Shown: positions 1 to 8,585, counted from the first letter of the stretch. The stretch is DNA of 64,000 bases from Actinomycetes bacterium (GCA_023251915.1 JAHEXW010000004.1:26733-90732); one strand, 5' to 3'. Program-made: numbers and translations. The notes: generated by a model not told the origin, from the letters alone.

Positions 1-10
1 GGGTGATTCT

Positions 11-352
11 ATGTTCACCGTGCTTGCGGCTTTTACAGGTGTAGCTCTTCTGATAGGGATCCTCGGACCAAGCGTTCTTCAAGCGTTAGAGAAACATCAC
101 ATCGTGACCAATCCCCGCAAACGCGCTAGATGGGCGACGTACGCCGGTCTAATCATGTTCCTGCTGGCCTTGGTTTTGATAGGCTACCCTGCCTATCAGC
201 TGGATTCACTGGGCGTGGTCGTGTACGCGATGCCGCTGATTCTTCTCGCGGCCGCTCTGTACGCGATGATCATCTATGTGGGATTCTGGTTTGCCGACCG
301 CATGTGGACCCGTCGAATGACTCACCAGCAACGCCAAGCGATTCGCTCGTAG
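11..352 (+). CDS. hypothetical small integral membrane protein (about 3 TM helices)
   Basis: ORF track 113 aa with hydrophobic segments; GGGTGA upstream of the ATG. No family recognised. Confidence 0.45.
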   Translation: MFTVLAAFTGVALLIGILGPSVLQALEKHHIVTNPRKRARWATYAGLIMFLLALVLIGYPAYQLDSLGVVVYAMPLILLAAALYAMIIYVGFWFADRMWTRRMTHQQRQAIRS

Positions 353-441
353 AAACCGAGCGTACTTAAATAGTAATGTAGCTGCCGGTCTTTAGGCCAG
401 CAGGACGCCTGCCGACCTAAGGATCCGTAGCTAGGGTCGCG

Positions 442-726
442 CTATTTCTTCTCGTCGTCCTTCAGGTACTCGTCCAGCTTTTGATTAACAAAAGACAGCG
501 CGTCCTTAACTTCGCGTTTGACGTTGTCCGTAAACTCACCGCTCTTGACCTGTTTCTTGACGTCCGCGTAAGCGTTGGCGACGTCCTCGTTTATCTTCTT
601 GACCTCTTCACTCTGATGGGCCTTTTCGATCGCTTGTTGGATAAGCTTGCCCAGTTCTTTTAGCTTATCGCCAATCTCTTGCATGTCAGGCGCATCGGTG
701 GCCTTGGTTTCTTTATTCTCACTCAT
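442..726 (-). CDS. hypothetical Lys/Glu-rich coiled-coil small protein
   Basis: ORF 442..927 trimmed to the internal ATG at 726 (MSENKETK...), preceded by GGGAGG on the coding strand (rc of cctccc at 733-738). The upstream part of the ORF is Arg-rich junk overlapping the neighbouring gene. Confidence 0.5.
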   Translation of the reverse strand: MSENKETKATDAPDMQEIGDKLKELGKLIQQAIEKAHQSEEVKKINEDVANAYADVKKQVKSGEFTDNVKREVKDALSFVNQKLDEYLKDDEKK

Positions 727-1165
727 ACACATCCTCCCTAATGACCGCTCGGTCTCGAGCGATACCCCATAGTTCTTCCGAGCACGCGATGGCGTGCAAC
801 GCTTGCGACTTTGTCGCCGTGTCTTTGCCTTCGTATAGCCTTTCGTGCCGGGTGCGGCGAAAACGGTCGAAGCTGGCAATAAGCTCCTCGTGGCCTTTGC
901 CCAGCTCACTCTCCGTGAAGCGCACAATTGTCACGTGGTGGCCGCCGATAACCGGGCGCACGCCGTGGGCGAACATCATCGCCATGCCCGCCTTCAGCAT
1001 CGCTTCATACGCCGCGTCTCGCGCAAACCCGAAACGGTGCAACTTGATCAGCTCGCGAGCCGTATCGACGTCATTATACGAGCTGGTTAACAGGTCCTCA
1101 ATCTGTACCGGGTGAGGATGGAACCTTTTGACGGAACCGTCTCTAATCCAAGCTCTTAAGTTCAT
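719..1165 (-). CDS. HEPN-domain protein, putative toxin of a HEPN/MNT pair
   Basis: About 150 aa alpha-helical protein with an R-x5-H motif (RFRRTRH) near the C-terminus. It lies immediately downstream of, and overlaps, an MNT gene on the same strand. Start chosen at the ATG after GGTGGTGAG; GTG at 1174 is an alternative. Confidence 0.55.
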   Translation of the reverse strand: MNLRAWIRDGSVKRFHPHPVQIEDLLTSSYNDVDTARELIKLHRFGFARDAAYEAMLKAGMAMMFAHGVRPVIGGHHVTIVRFTESELGKGHEELIASFDRFRRTRHERLYEGKDTATKSQALHAIACSEELWGIARDRAVIREDVYE

Positions 1166-1742
1166 TCTCACCACCGATCAGCCAAACTTTGGCCGCCTCG
1201 GCGACGTTCAACACGAAGGCGTTGCTGTCCCGGACCGCCTCCCTGAATTCATCTGTAGACATGGCTGTATAGTTCACTTCTCGCTGCAGTGTCTTCTCCA
1301 CGTCTGACAAACTTCTGTTCAAGGTGCCGTGGTCGAAATCACCGACGATAAAGAGATCAATGTCGCTGCGAGCCGTTTCCTGACCGGCTGCGAATGAACC
1401 GTAGACAAACGCCAGGCGGATGCCGTTGATAGCTCGCAAGGCGGTGGTCAGCGAGCCGTATATTCCAACGGTCTTCGCGGTGATTCCGGTAATCTCCTGG
1501 AGCATCGGGTAATCGGGGTTGGCCTGATAAAACTTGAGGTTGCCAACCTTTTCGGACTTCAGAATGCCTAGATTCTCCAGGTAGATGAGCTCGCGCTGCA
1601 GGCTGCCGACGGATCCGCCCAGTATCTGATGCAGTTGCCGGGTGTAGTAACGGTCTTGGGGATTGGTCAGGAACAGAGCCAGCAGACGTTGCCGGAGCTT
1701 GGAACGAAACAAGCTGGTTGGTATGGCTAGAATGTTCTCCAT
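1143..1742 (-). CDS. winged-HTH plus minimal nucleotidyltransferase (MNT) protein, putative antitoxin/regulator
   Basis: The C-terminal half carries the nucleotidyltransferase G-S-x(9-13)-D-x-D motif (GSFAAGQETARSDIDLFIV). The N-terminal half looks like a wHTH. A TTG at 1763 is an alternative start. Confidence 0.55.
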   Translation of the reverse strand: MENILAIPTSLFRSKLRQRLLALFLTNPQDRYYTRQLHQILGGSVGSLQRELIYLENLGILKSEKVGNLKFYQANPDYPMLQEITGITAKTVGIYGSLTTALRAINGIRLAFVYGSFAAGQETARSDIDLFIVGDFDHGTLNRSLSDVEKTLQREVNYTAMSTDEFREAVRDSNAFVLNVAEAAKVWLIGGENELKSLD

Positions 1743-1892
1743 CGTGAGAACAATTGTACTCAAGCGTGAGAACAGAAGTCAAGAATTAAGAGTGACGAGA
1801 ATGCTCCTCCCTCTCCCTCTTGGGGAAAGGAATAGTCGGCTTGCGCAAACCCTAGAATTCTTTCTTCTTGCCGCTAGTGCCATAATGGGGAT

Positions 1893-4610
1893 ATGAAATC
1901 CATAGAGAAGAGCGGGCGGCCGGATCGGCCCGACGAGGCTATCTTACGCAACGGCCAAGCCTTGCGAATACGGCCGGTAGAACCGGACGACAAAATCAAG
2001 CTCAAGAGGCTTTTTAACCGAATGAGTCCTCTGACGAGCTACTTCCGCTGGCAATACGCCAAACACCAAACCGGGGACGAAGAAATCGCCCGCTTTACCG
2101 AAGCGAAACTGCCGGACGGCTGTGTCTATGTAGCAACCCAAGGCGAGGGCCGGCAAGAGAAAGTTCTGGCTGTTGCCAGCTATGACGCGTCGCCTGACAT
2201 GAAAAGCGCCGAGGTGACATTCGTCGTTGGCACCAGTTATCAAACCAGAGGCGTCGGAACGGCCTTGCTTGAGAAGTTGGTAGAGACGGCCGGTCAATAT
2301 AGAATCAAGCGGTTTGTCGCCCGTGTTTTGCCCGAAAACACGAGAATGCTGGCACTATTCGATCAAAGTGGCTTTAAAACGACCAAGAAATTCTCCGACG
2401 GCGTCTATCACATCTCACTCAATCTTGAGAAACAGGAAGAGTTCACGAAACGCCAGGCGGCGCGGGAACATATCGCGCGAACTGCCGGAGTTGGAACGTT
2501 TCTGTATCCGCATAGTATCGCGGTCATCGGCGCATCCCGGAACGCGGAGAGCGTGGGCGGCGCATTGTTCCACAACCTACTTAGCACCAACTTTAATGGG
2601 CCGGTATTTCCAATCAACCCTAACACCACTTCAGTCGCCGGCGTGCTGGCATATCCGACAGTCATGGACGTACCGAGTGATGTAGATCTGGCCGTTATCG
2701 TGGTTCCGGCCGATAAGGTTCTCGCCGTAGTGGACCAATGCGGCAAAAAAGGTGTCCGGGGGCTGGTAATAATTTCCGTCGGGTTCGGCGAAGCCGGTCC
2801 GGAGGGGCAGAAACGCGAACGGCAATTAAAAGCCAAGACGCTGGCTTACGGCATGCGCGTCATCGGCCCAAACTGCCTGGGCGTTCTAAACTCCGACCCG
2901 GAAGTACGGCTGAACGCGACATTCTCTCCCGTAACACCTCCGGCCGGCAACCTGAGCATCGGTACACAGAGCGGCGCCTTGGGCCTGGCGTTGCTGGATT
3001 ACGCCAACAACATCAACCTAGGAATCGCCGATTTTGTCAGCATCGGGAATCGGATCGACATTTCCAACAACGACCTTCTGGAATACTGGGAGGATGACGA
3101 GAAGACGGACTTGATCTTGCTTTACGTCGAATCTTTCGGGAATCCCTCTAGCTTTACGAGGATCGCCCGCCGCGTTTCACGAAAGAAGCCGATAATCGCC
3201 GTGAAGGCGGGCCGTTCAGAAGCCGGAGCGAGAGCCGCATCGTCACACACCGGTGCTCTGGCGGCGGCCGACGTTGGATCTGACGCTTTGTTCCGGCAGG
3301 CCGGAGTGATTAGAGTTAACACTATCGACGAGATGTTCGGTGTCTCGGCCGCCCTCGCCAACCAACCGGTTCCGAAGGGCCCCAATGTGGGTATCCTGAC
3401 CAACGCCGGCGGACCGGGGGTTCTGGTCGCCGACGCCTGCGAAGGCCTGGGCCTCAAGGTTCCGAAACTTTCCGCGGCGGCGCAAAAGAAACTTAAGGCT
3501 GTTCTGCCGGCCGAGGCAGCGGTTAGCAACCCGGTGGACATGATGGCCTCGGCGACGGCGGAATACTATAAGCAAACCCTGGCGGCGATGCTGGAAAATC
3601 CTGAGTTAGACGCCATTATCCTGATTTATATCCCGCCGCTTGTGACGCGCCCGGAAGACGTGGCCAGAGCAATCAAGGAAGTACTGAAAGACTACAAAGG
3701 CGATAAGCCGGTCCTGGCCAATTTTATGATGTCAGCCGGTTCTATGCCAGATCTAAAGATTGGCCCTGAACGTTATGTGCCGTCCTACGTTTTTCCGGAG
3801 AGCGCCGCCCAAGCCCTGGCACACACCTGGCATTATTCCCAATACCGCCAAGCGCCGGAAGGCATGACACCGGATTTCCCGGAAATAGTCGCCAACCACA
3901 CGAGATATAATTTCTTCCGCTCCAATCCGATTAGCGAGGCAGGCTCCTGGCTGTTGCCGGAAGCCGCAGCCGACCTGTTGCAAGAGTATGGTATCCCGAT
4001 GGTCGAGACACGAGTCGCGGAATCGGCCGCCGACGCGGCCAAGCAGGCGTCCGAACTGGGCTTCCCTGTGGCGCTCAAAGTAAGGTCGACAACCATTGTG
4101 CATAAAACGGATATCGGCGGGATTGCGCTTGGTTTGACCAGCGAGACAAGGGTCAAGGCAGCTTACAACAAGATGATGGTACACCTCAAGAAAGCGGGAC
4201 TGGTCGATCAGGCGAGAGGCGTTATAATCCAACCAATGACGTCGGAAGCCCAGGAAGTTATTGTCGGTATGTCACAAAACCCCATGTTCGGTCCGTTGCT
4301 GATGGTTGGCTTAGGCGGCGTGCACGTGGAGCTGCAAAAAGATGTGGCTTTTTCGCTGCAGCCTCTTACTGACGTCGACGTAGATTGGATGCTGAACCAA
4401 CTCAAAGGACTGCCTGTTCTGCAAGGCTGGCGCGGCGCTCCGATGAGGGATGTCAAAGCGCTTAAGGAGGTCCTCTTGCGTTTCTCTACGTTGATTGAGG
4501 ATTTCCCCGAGATAGCCGAGATTGAGATCAACCCCCTTATGGTAGGAAACGAAGGCCGCGGCTGCCGGGCGGTCGATGTCCGAATAAGGATGATTGCGAC
4601 CCCGCTATAG
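1893..4610 (+). CDS. Pat-type protein acetyltransferase candidate: N-terminal GNAT fused to NDP-forming acyl-CoA synthetase-like domains
   Basis: 905 aa. Residues about 60-190 carry a GNAT signature (Q/R-x-x-G-x-G/A: YQTRGVGTALLEKL). A CoA-binding Rossmann domain (IAVIGASRN...GPVFPINP) and a succinyl-CoA-synthetase-like ligase domain follow, then a C-terminal ATP-grasp. The domain order GNAT then ACS is the reverse of enterobacterial Pat/YfiQ. Confidence 0.75.
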   Translation: MKSIEKSGRPDRPDEAILRNGQALRIRPVEPDDKIKLKRLFNRMSPLTSYFRWQYAKHQTGDEEIARFTEAKLPDGCVYVATQGEGRQEKVLAVASYDASPDMKSAEVTFVVGTSYQTRGVGTALLEKLVETAGQYRIKRFVARVLPENTRMLALFDQSGFKTTKKFSDGVYHISLNLEKQEEFTKRQAAREHIARTAGVGTFLYPHSIAVIGASRNAESVGGALFHNLLSTNFNGPVFPINPNTTSVAGVLAYPTVMDVPSDVDLAVIVVPADKVLAVVDQCGKKGVRGLVIISVGFGEAGPEGQKRERQLKAKTLAYGMRVIGPNCLGVLNSDPEVRLNATFSPVTPPAGNLSIGTQSGALGLALLDYANNINLGIADFVSIGNRIDISNNDLLEYWEDDEKTDLILLYVESFGNPSSFTRIARRVSRKKPIIAVKAGRSEAGARAASSHTGALAAADVGSDALFRQAGVIRVNTIDEMFGVSAALANQPVPKGPNVGILTNAGGPGVLVADACEGLGLKVPKLSAAAQKKLKAVLPAEAAVSNPVDMMASATAEYYKQTLAAMLENPELDAIILIYIPPLVTRPEDVARAIKEVLKDYKGDKPVLANFMMSAGSMPDLKIGPERYVPSYVFPESAAQALAHTWHYSQYRQAPEGMTPDFPEIVANHTRYNFFRSNPISEAGSWLLPEAAADLLQEYGIPMVETRVAESAADAAKQASELGFPVALKVRSTTIVHKTDIGGIALGLTSETRVKAAYNKMMVHLKKAGLVDQARGVIIQPMTSEAQEVIVGMSQNPMFGPLLMVGLGGVHVELQKDVAFSLQPLTDVDVDWMLNQLKGLPVLQGWRGAPMRDVKALKEVLLRFSTLIEDFPEIAEIEINPLMVGNEGRGCRAVDVRIRMIATPL

Positions 4611-4620
4611 GCGGGGTTCG

Positions 4621-4649
4621 TTGACACGCATTCTGGCTCGTGTTATAAA
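4621..4649 (+). promoter_or_regulatory. sigma70-like promoter (TTGACA, 17 bp spacer, TATAAA) for the riboswitch operon
   Basis: TTGACA at 4621-4626 and TATAAA at 4644-4649 with exactly 17 bp between them. Confidence 0.6.
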
Positions 4650-4659
4650 AAGACAAATC

Positions 4660-4780
4660 GAATAGCGGTGTTCGGCGTCGTAGGGAAGCCTGTGGAAATC
4701 GGGCACGGTCGCGCCACTGTAACCGGGAGATCTGCGTTTACGCGGGTCTCAACGGGAGTCAGGAACCTAACCGAAACACC
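4660..4780 (+). promoter_or_regulatory. cobalamin (AdoCbl) riboswitch aptamer
   Basis: Conserved cores read directly: GGTG..CGG; AGGGAAGCC; GTGGAAATC; CGCGCCACTGTAACCGGGAG (B12 box GCCACTG at 4713-4719); GTCAGGAACCTAACC. The order and spacing match the RF00174 consensus as I remember it. It sits in the 5' leader of CDS 4899. Confidence 0.8.
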
Positions 4781-4827
4781 GGTGAACAGCTACTCTTCGC
4801 GAGATGAGAGGCGGCTTATTTTTATGT

Positions 4828-4858
4828 CCCTTCGAACGAAGCGTTCGAGGGGTTTTTT
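4828..4858 (+). terminator. intrinsic terminator / riboswitch expression platform
   Basis: CCCTTCGAAC-gaagc-GTTCGAGGGG followed by TTTTTT. It lies between the aptamer and the start codon. Confidence 0.7.
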
Positions 4859-4898
4859 ATTAACTGAAAATAGATTATTTGCGTCTAAAGGAGAAAAG

Positions 4899-5966
4899 AT
4901 GAAACGGTTTACCGCGGTGACATTGATCATCATGGTTGTTCTGCTGGCCTGGCCGGCGATCGGTGTCCTTGGCGATGTCTCGACGACCTCTGCTGTTAAT
5001 AAGGCGACGGCTTATTTACAGACACAACAACAAAACGACGGCAGCTATACCGAGTTTGACGGGCCGGTCAACGCAACTTGCGGCGCCGGGTTGGCAATCG
5101 CGGCGGCCGGTCTGGACGTCAACAACTGGAAGAAGTCCGGACTTTCAGGGATCGATTTTCTCCTCACGCAAAAGGACGCGTTAAGTAACGCCGCGGACGC
5201 GGACGCTAATTCCGCGAAGATCGCGCAGTTGGTTATGCTACTTGTGGCCAGCGGTAAAGACCCGCACGTTTTTGGCGGCGTCGATTGGGTGGCGATTCTG
5301 AGCGGGACACAAAACGCAGCAACCGGCGCCTATGGCACCGCGTTTATCCGGCACCCCTGGATAATGATGGCGCTGCACGCGGCGAACGAGACGATCCCCG
5401 CTAACGCGATAGACTTCCTTGTTGCCAACCAAGAGAGCAACGGCGGATTTGGCGTCAACGGTTTGGGCTCGGGTTCGGACACCAATACGACAGCGATCTG
5501 CCTGGAGGCGCTGGCGGCGGCCGGGGCGGCGAACGACTCGACAGTGGTTCAAAAAGCCGTTGCTTATCTGCACACTCAGCAGAATTCGGATGGCGGTTTT
5601 CCCTGGGCGAAGCCGTCGCCGTGGGGCACCGATTCCGACGCGAGCTCGACGTCGTGGGTAATCCAGGGATTAATCGCGGCCGGCGAGAACCACACCGGAC
5701 CGGATTGGACCGTATCCGGCCATACACCCGTCAGCTTTCTGCTCGGCATGCAGAACACTAGCGGCGCTTTCGGTTACCAGACAACCTGGTCAGACGACAA
5801 TCTAATGTGTACGTATCAAGCAATCCCCGCGCTTATGGGCAAGACGTTTCCGCTGGACTATACGGCGCCGGTAAGCGGCGATCCTAATCCGGTCACCGCG
5901 CCCGGAGGGACATCAACGCCAAATCCGGCGCAGGATCCTCCCTATCTGCCTTACACAGGCCGATGA
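4899..5966 (+). CDS. secreted alpha/alpha-toroid repeat protein (prenyltransferase/terpene-cyclase-like repeats) ending in LPYTG-R
   Basis: AAAGGAG RBS 7 nt upstream. Signal peptide MKRFTAVTLIIMVVLLAWPAIG. Four Q-x-x-x-(D/G)G-(S/G/A)-(F/Y) repeats (QQQNDGSY, QESNGGFG, QQNSDGGFPW, MQNTSGAFGY). The C-terminus is ...PPYLPYTGR followed by stop. Confidence 0.7.
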   Translation: MKRFTAVTLIIMVVLLAWPAIGVLGDVSTTSAVNKATAYLQTQQQNDGSYTEFDGPVNATCGAGLAIAAAGLDVNNWKKSGLSGIDFLLTQKDALSNAADADANSAKIAQLVMLLVASGKDPHVFGGVDWVAILSGTQNAATGAYGTAFIRHPWIMMALHAANETIPANAIDFLVANQESNGGFGVNGLGSGSDTNTTAICLEALAAAGAANDSTVVQKAVAYLHTQQNSDGGFPWAKPSPWGTDSDASSTSWVIQGLIAAGENHTGPDWTVSGHTPVSFLLGMQNTSGAFGYQTTWSDDNLMCTYQAIPALMGKTFPLDYTAPVSGDPNPVTAPGGTSTPNPAQDPPYLPYTGR

Positions 5967-6745
5967 GAATCGCAGCCCGGCTTGGCGCGTTCGCTGTAGC
6001 TGGATTACTGATCATCACATTTGGTGGTGTTGCCAAGGCGACGAGCTATGCCGGCTTGGTCATCAGGCACGGGGACGGTTCCGTCGTGACGCGATGTGTT
6101 TCGTTTGACGAGGCATCAATCTCAGGTATTGACCTTCTTTATCGGTCTGGCCTATCGATTGATGCGCCAACGTCCGGGTACGGCGCCTCGGTTTATGGGA
6201 TTGACGGTGAAGGCACCGCCGAGGATTGGAGCAGCGGTCGCGCGTCTTGGTCATATTGGCACCTGCGGGGCGCTTGGGTTTTCTCGCCCGTCGGGGCCAG
6301 CAGTTACAGCGTTAAACAGGGCGACGTTGAGGGATGGTCATGGGGACCACAGACCGGTCCGACGGCGCCCCCGGCATATTCTTTCGATGAGCTGTATCGC
6401 GACACGTTCGGCGACCCCGCCCCGGCGTCTCCTTCCGCGGGTGCGTCTCAACCTGCGACTGACGCGGCAACTTCTCCAACTTCCCCCGGTATTGCGAGCC
6501 CTGGCGCCACAGCGGGATCAAACGTCTCTGGCGCAAACAGCGTGGGCACGACCGCAAATCCGAGCCTGACTTCCGGCAATAAGACGGCCACCGCGACTGC
6601 CGCTGCCGTCCGGCGTCCGGTTGGCAAAAAGGGGCAACAGGATAACAATTTTTGGAACTACGCTTCGTTTGGAGTATTGTTAGCCGGTTTGAGCGCGGCG
6701 TTTGTCTACTATCAGCTCAAGAACAGGAAACCGACCAAGCCTTAG
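5963..6745 (+). CDS. secreted DUF4430-like (transcobalamin/intrinsic-factor beta-domain-like) protein with Pro/Ser/Thr linker and C-terminal TM anchor
   Basis: ATGA overlap with the upstream gene. Signal peptide MRIAARLGAFAVAGLLIITFGGVAKA. The core YGASVYGIDGEG...WSYWHLRGAWVFSPVGASSYSVKQGD resembles DUF4430 as I recall it. A low-complexity PASPSAGAS...TATATAAA linker follows, then a C-terminal hydrophobic helix and KNRKPTKP. Confidence 0.55.
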   Translation: MRIAARLGAFAVAGLLIITFGGVAKATSYAGLVIRHGDGSVVTRCVSFDEASISGIDLLYRSGLSIDAPTSGYGASVYGIDGEGTAEDWSSGRASWSYWHLRGAWVFSPVGASSYSVKQGDVEGWSWGPQTGPTAPPAYSFDELYRDTFGDPAPASPSAGASQPATDAATSPTSPGIASPGATAGSNVSGANSVGTTANPSLTSGNKTATATAAAVRRPVGKKGQQDNNFWNYASFGVLLAGLSAAFVYYQLKNRKPTKP

Positions 6746-7506
6746 TTGACCCTCACCTTAATAAAGTATTCTTTGCCATGCGGCCAGCGGTTCTGGAGGA
6801 ACCGGTACTTGGTTTCCCAGCGCGCAATCTTTGCCATCAATGATTTTGGCATAAAGGGCGTCCAGGTGCCGTAGGCGTAAGATCCCGCTATCTTGCCGAT
6901 CCGCCGGGCCTCTTTCTTGTACCACCAGTGGGTCCGATATTGATACTCCAGGGGCGGACGACCCTTGATCAGAGCGCGCAGCCAGCGTCCAAATGTAATC
7001 ATTACGCCGGTCGGGCTCCAGAGATCCTTAACGTGAAAGACTACAACGCCCCCTGGCTTCACGACACGCCCCAGCTCGGTCAGCATAAGGTCACTTTCTT
7101 CGGGATTCAGGTATTGTTGCACCGCGATGCTGATGGCCCGGTCGAAGCTGTTATCCTCATACGGCAGACCGGTAACATCACCGACTTCAATGGTGGTCTC
7201 AGCCGTAATGTTGGGTTCCTTTGCGATTCTCGCTTGGCAACGAGCCACCATAGCCGGCGAAAAATCTATAGCGGTAATGCGCGCTACCAATGAACCAAGC
7301 AAGATGATCTGGTCTCCGGCACCGCATCCAGCGTCCAGTATCCGGTCCTCAGGTTGCGGGTCGATCAACTTAATCAGCTCGCGGTCATGAAACGACTGGA
7401 CAGCCGGCGTCATTATCCTGTCGCCCCGAACGGCCTGATGGGGGTCGGCGACAGCCGCTTGGTCTTCCCAAAATGATTTCCACTTTAAATGCTCCTGTTC
7501 TGTCAT
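6742..7506 (-). CDS. class I SAM-dependent methyltransferase
   Basis: Motif I ILDAGCGAGDQI; about 250 aa with the Rossmann methyltransferase layout. Confidence 0.75.
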   Translation of the reverse strand: MTEQEHLKWKSFWEDQAAVADPHQAVRGDRIMTPAVQSFHDRELIKLIDPQPEDRILDAGCGAGDQIILLGSLVARITAIDFSPAMVARCQARIAKEPNITAETTIEVGDVTGLPYEDNSFDRAISIAVQQYLNPEESDLMLTELGRVVKPGGVVVFHVKDLWSPTGVMITFGRWLRALIKGRPPLEYQYRTHWWYKKEARRIGKIAGSYAYGTWTPFMPKSLMAKIARWETKYRFLQNRWPHGKEYFIKVRVN

Positions 7507-7563
7507 GGCTCAATTATACCCGTTCCAATATCACAGAAAGTGTCGAAAACTATCAAATATATC

Positions 7564-7592
7564 TTGACATATTGGAAAGAGTTAGATAAATT
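7564..7592 (+). promoter_or_regulatory. candidate promoter for flp (TTGACA, 17 bp spacer, TAAATT)
   Basis: TTGACA at 7564-7569; TAAATT at 7587-7592. Confidence 0.4.
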
Positions 7593-7666
7593 GGGAACTC
7601 CAAAGGATATGAATCAGGCAGGGGGCGTCCCCGTTTGCCGCACGGGGACGCCCGAGAGGAGAGGGT

Positions 7667-7840
7667 ATGAACAGGGTAAAGATGTTATTGGCAAGGGAAG
7701 ACGGACAGAGCACGACGGAGTATGCACTGGTTTTGCTAGCGGTTGTCGCCATCGCGGGTGTGCTTAGCAAGGTGGGAGTCGCGGGCATGACTGATTTCCT
7801 GACTGGCGTTTTCGCCAAATTAGTCGCGGGGATCAAGTAG
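7667..7840 (+). CDS. flp: Flp/Fap-family prepilin (57 aa, not in ORF track)
   Basis: MNRVKMLLAREDGQSTTEYALVLLAVVAIAGVL: the G/QSTTEY processing motif followed by a hydrophobic helix. GGAGAGGG RBS 6 nt upstream. Confidence 0.75.
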   Translation: MNRVKMLLAREDGQSTTEYALVLLAVVAIAGVLSKVGVAGMTDFLTGVFAKLVAGIK

Positions 7841-7842
7841 CG

Positions 7843-8235
7843 ATGTCCGGATCGGGTGAACAAGGCAGTATCTCGGTGGAGTTCGCGCTAGTCCTGCCCC
7901 TTGTTCTAATGGCGCTTCTCGCGGTCATTCAGACCGGAGTCGTGATGCGTGCTCACCTGATGGTGGCGCAAGCGGCGCGCGAGGGGGCCCGGCAAGCGAC
8001 AACCGCTACTAACGATGCGGAGATCGTTAAAGCCGCCACGCAGGCGGCCGCCGGCGCAAACAGCGACGTTTTATCGGTTACCTGGAATATGCCGGAGGGC
8101 GGACAGGCAGGTTCCCCAATAACCGTCTCGGCGCAAACGTCAGTTCCGTGTCTCTTCCCGTTGCTGGCCAGTGTCTGGCCGCACGCGTTTCAGGCAAAAG
8201 CGACAACCACGATGCGTCTGGAGAGAGACCGATGA
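7843..8235 (+). CDS. tadE: TadE-like pseudopilin
   Basis: N-terminal GSISVEFALVLPLVLMALLAV, the TadE motif. Confidence 0.7.
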   Translation: MSGSGEQGSISVEFALVLPLVLMALLAVIQTGVVMRAHLMVAQAAREGARQATTATNDAEIVKAATQAAAGANSDVLSVTWNMPEGGQAGSPITVSAQTSVPCLFPLLASVWPHAFQAKATTTMRLERDR

Positions 8236-8585
8236 CCGCATTACTAGCCGGATGCCTCGCCTTGGCGTTGGTATTTGTTCCGGTCACGGTGGATATCGGA
8301 ATCATTAATCGATCTCGCGCTCAAGCCGAAGCTACCGCGGACGCCGCCTCACTGGCGGCCGCCCAAGAAATGGTGAGTGGCGGTGATCTGGCCGCAGCCG
8401 CCGCTGAATACGTGGCGAAGAACGGCGGCGCCCTCAAGTCTGTCGTGGTCGAAGGCCGAAGCGTCGTCGTAACCGTGGAGGAGCCTTGCCAGACGATTTT
8501 GGCTGACCGCTTGGGTATAGAAGTTGGTCAGGCGCGGGGTAGAGGCAAAGCGGAACTGAAGGAATTCGATGAGCCGGATTATTAG
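8232..8585 (+). CDS. Tad/TadG-like Flp pilus-assembly protein (N-terminal TM)
   Basis: ATGA overlap with tadE. MTALLAGCLALALVFVPVTVDIG...AEATADAASLAAAQEM is typical of the TadE/G-like family. Start moved from the ORF-track 8148 to the ATG at 8232. Confidence 0.55.
   Translation: MTALLAGCLALALVFVPVTVDIGIINRSRAQAEATADAASLAAAQEMVSGGDLAAAAAEYVAKNGGALKSVVVEGRSVVVTVEEPCQTILADRLGIEVGQARGRGKAELKEFDEPDY

Noticed and set aside
130-369. 79-aa ORF in an alternative frame overlapping CDS 11..352
   Set aside because: Arg/Gly-rich composition typical of an out-of-frame high-GC shadow ORF. The in-frame membrane protein is the better gene.
1944-4627. Multiple 100-160 aa ORFs on the minus strand inside the 905-aa acetyltransferase gene (1944..2297, 2408..2836, 3122..3541, 3753..4232, 4208..4627)
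   Set aside because: Antisense shadow ORFs with Arg/Pro/Ser-rich, motif-free translations. The plus-strand gene has clear domain signatures.
5948-5966. LPYTG treated as a genuine sortase cell-wall sorting signal
   Set aside because: Only one residue follows the motif. The required hydrophobic segment and basic tail are absent. The hydrophobic stretch nearby belongs to the signal peptide of the next, frame-shifted ORF. Kept only as an oddity.
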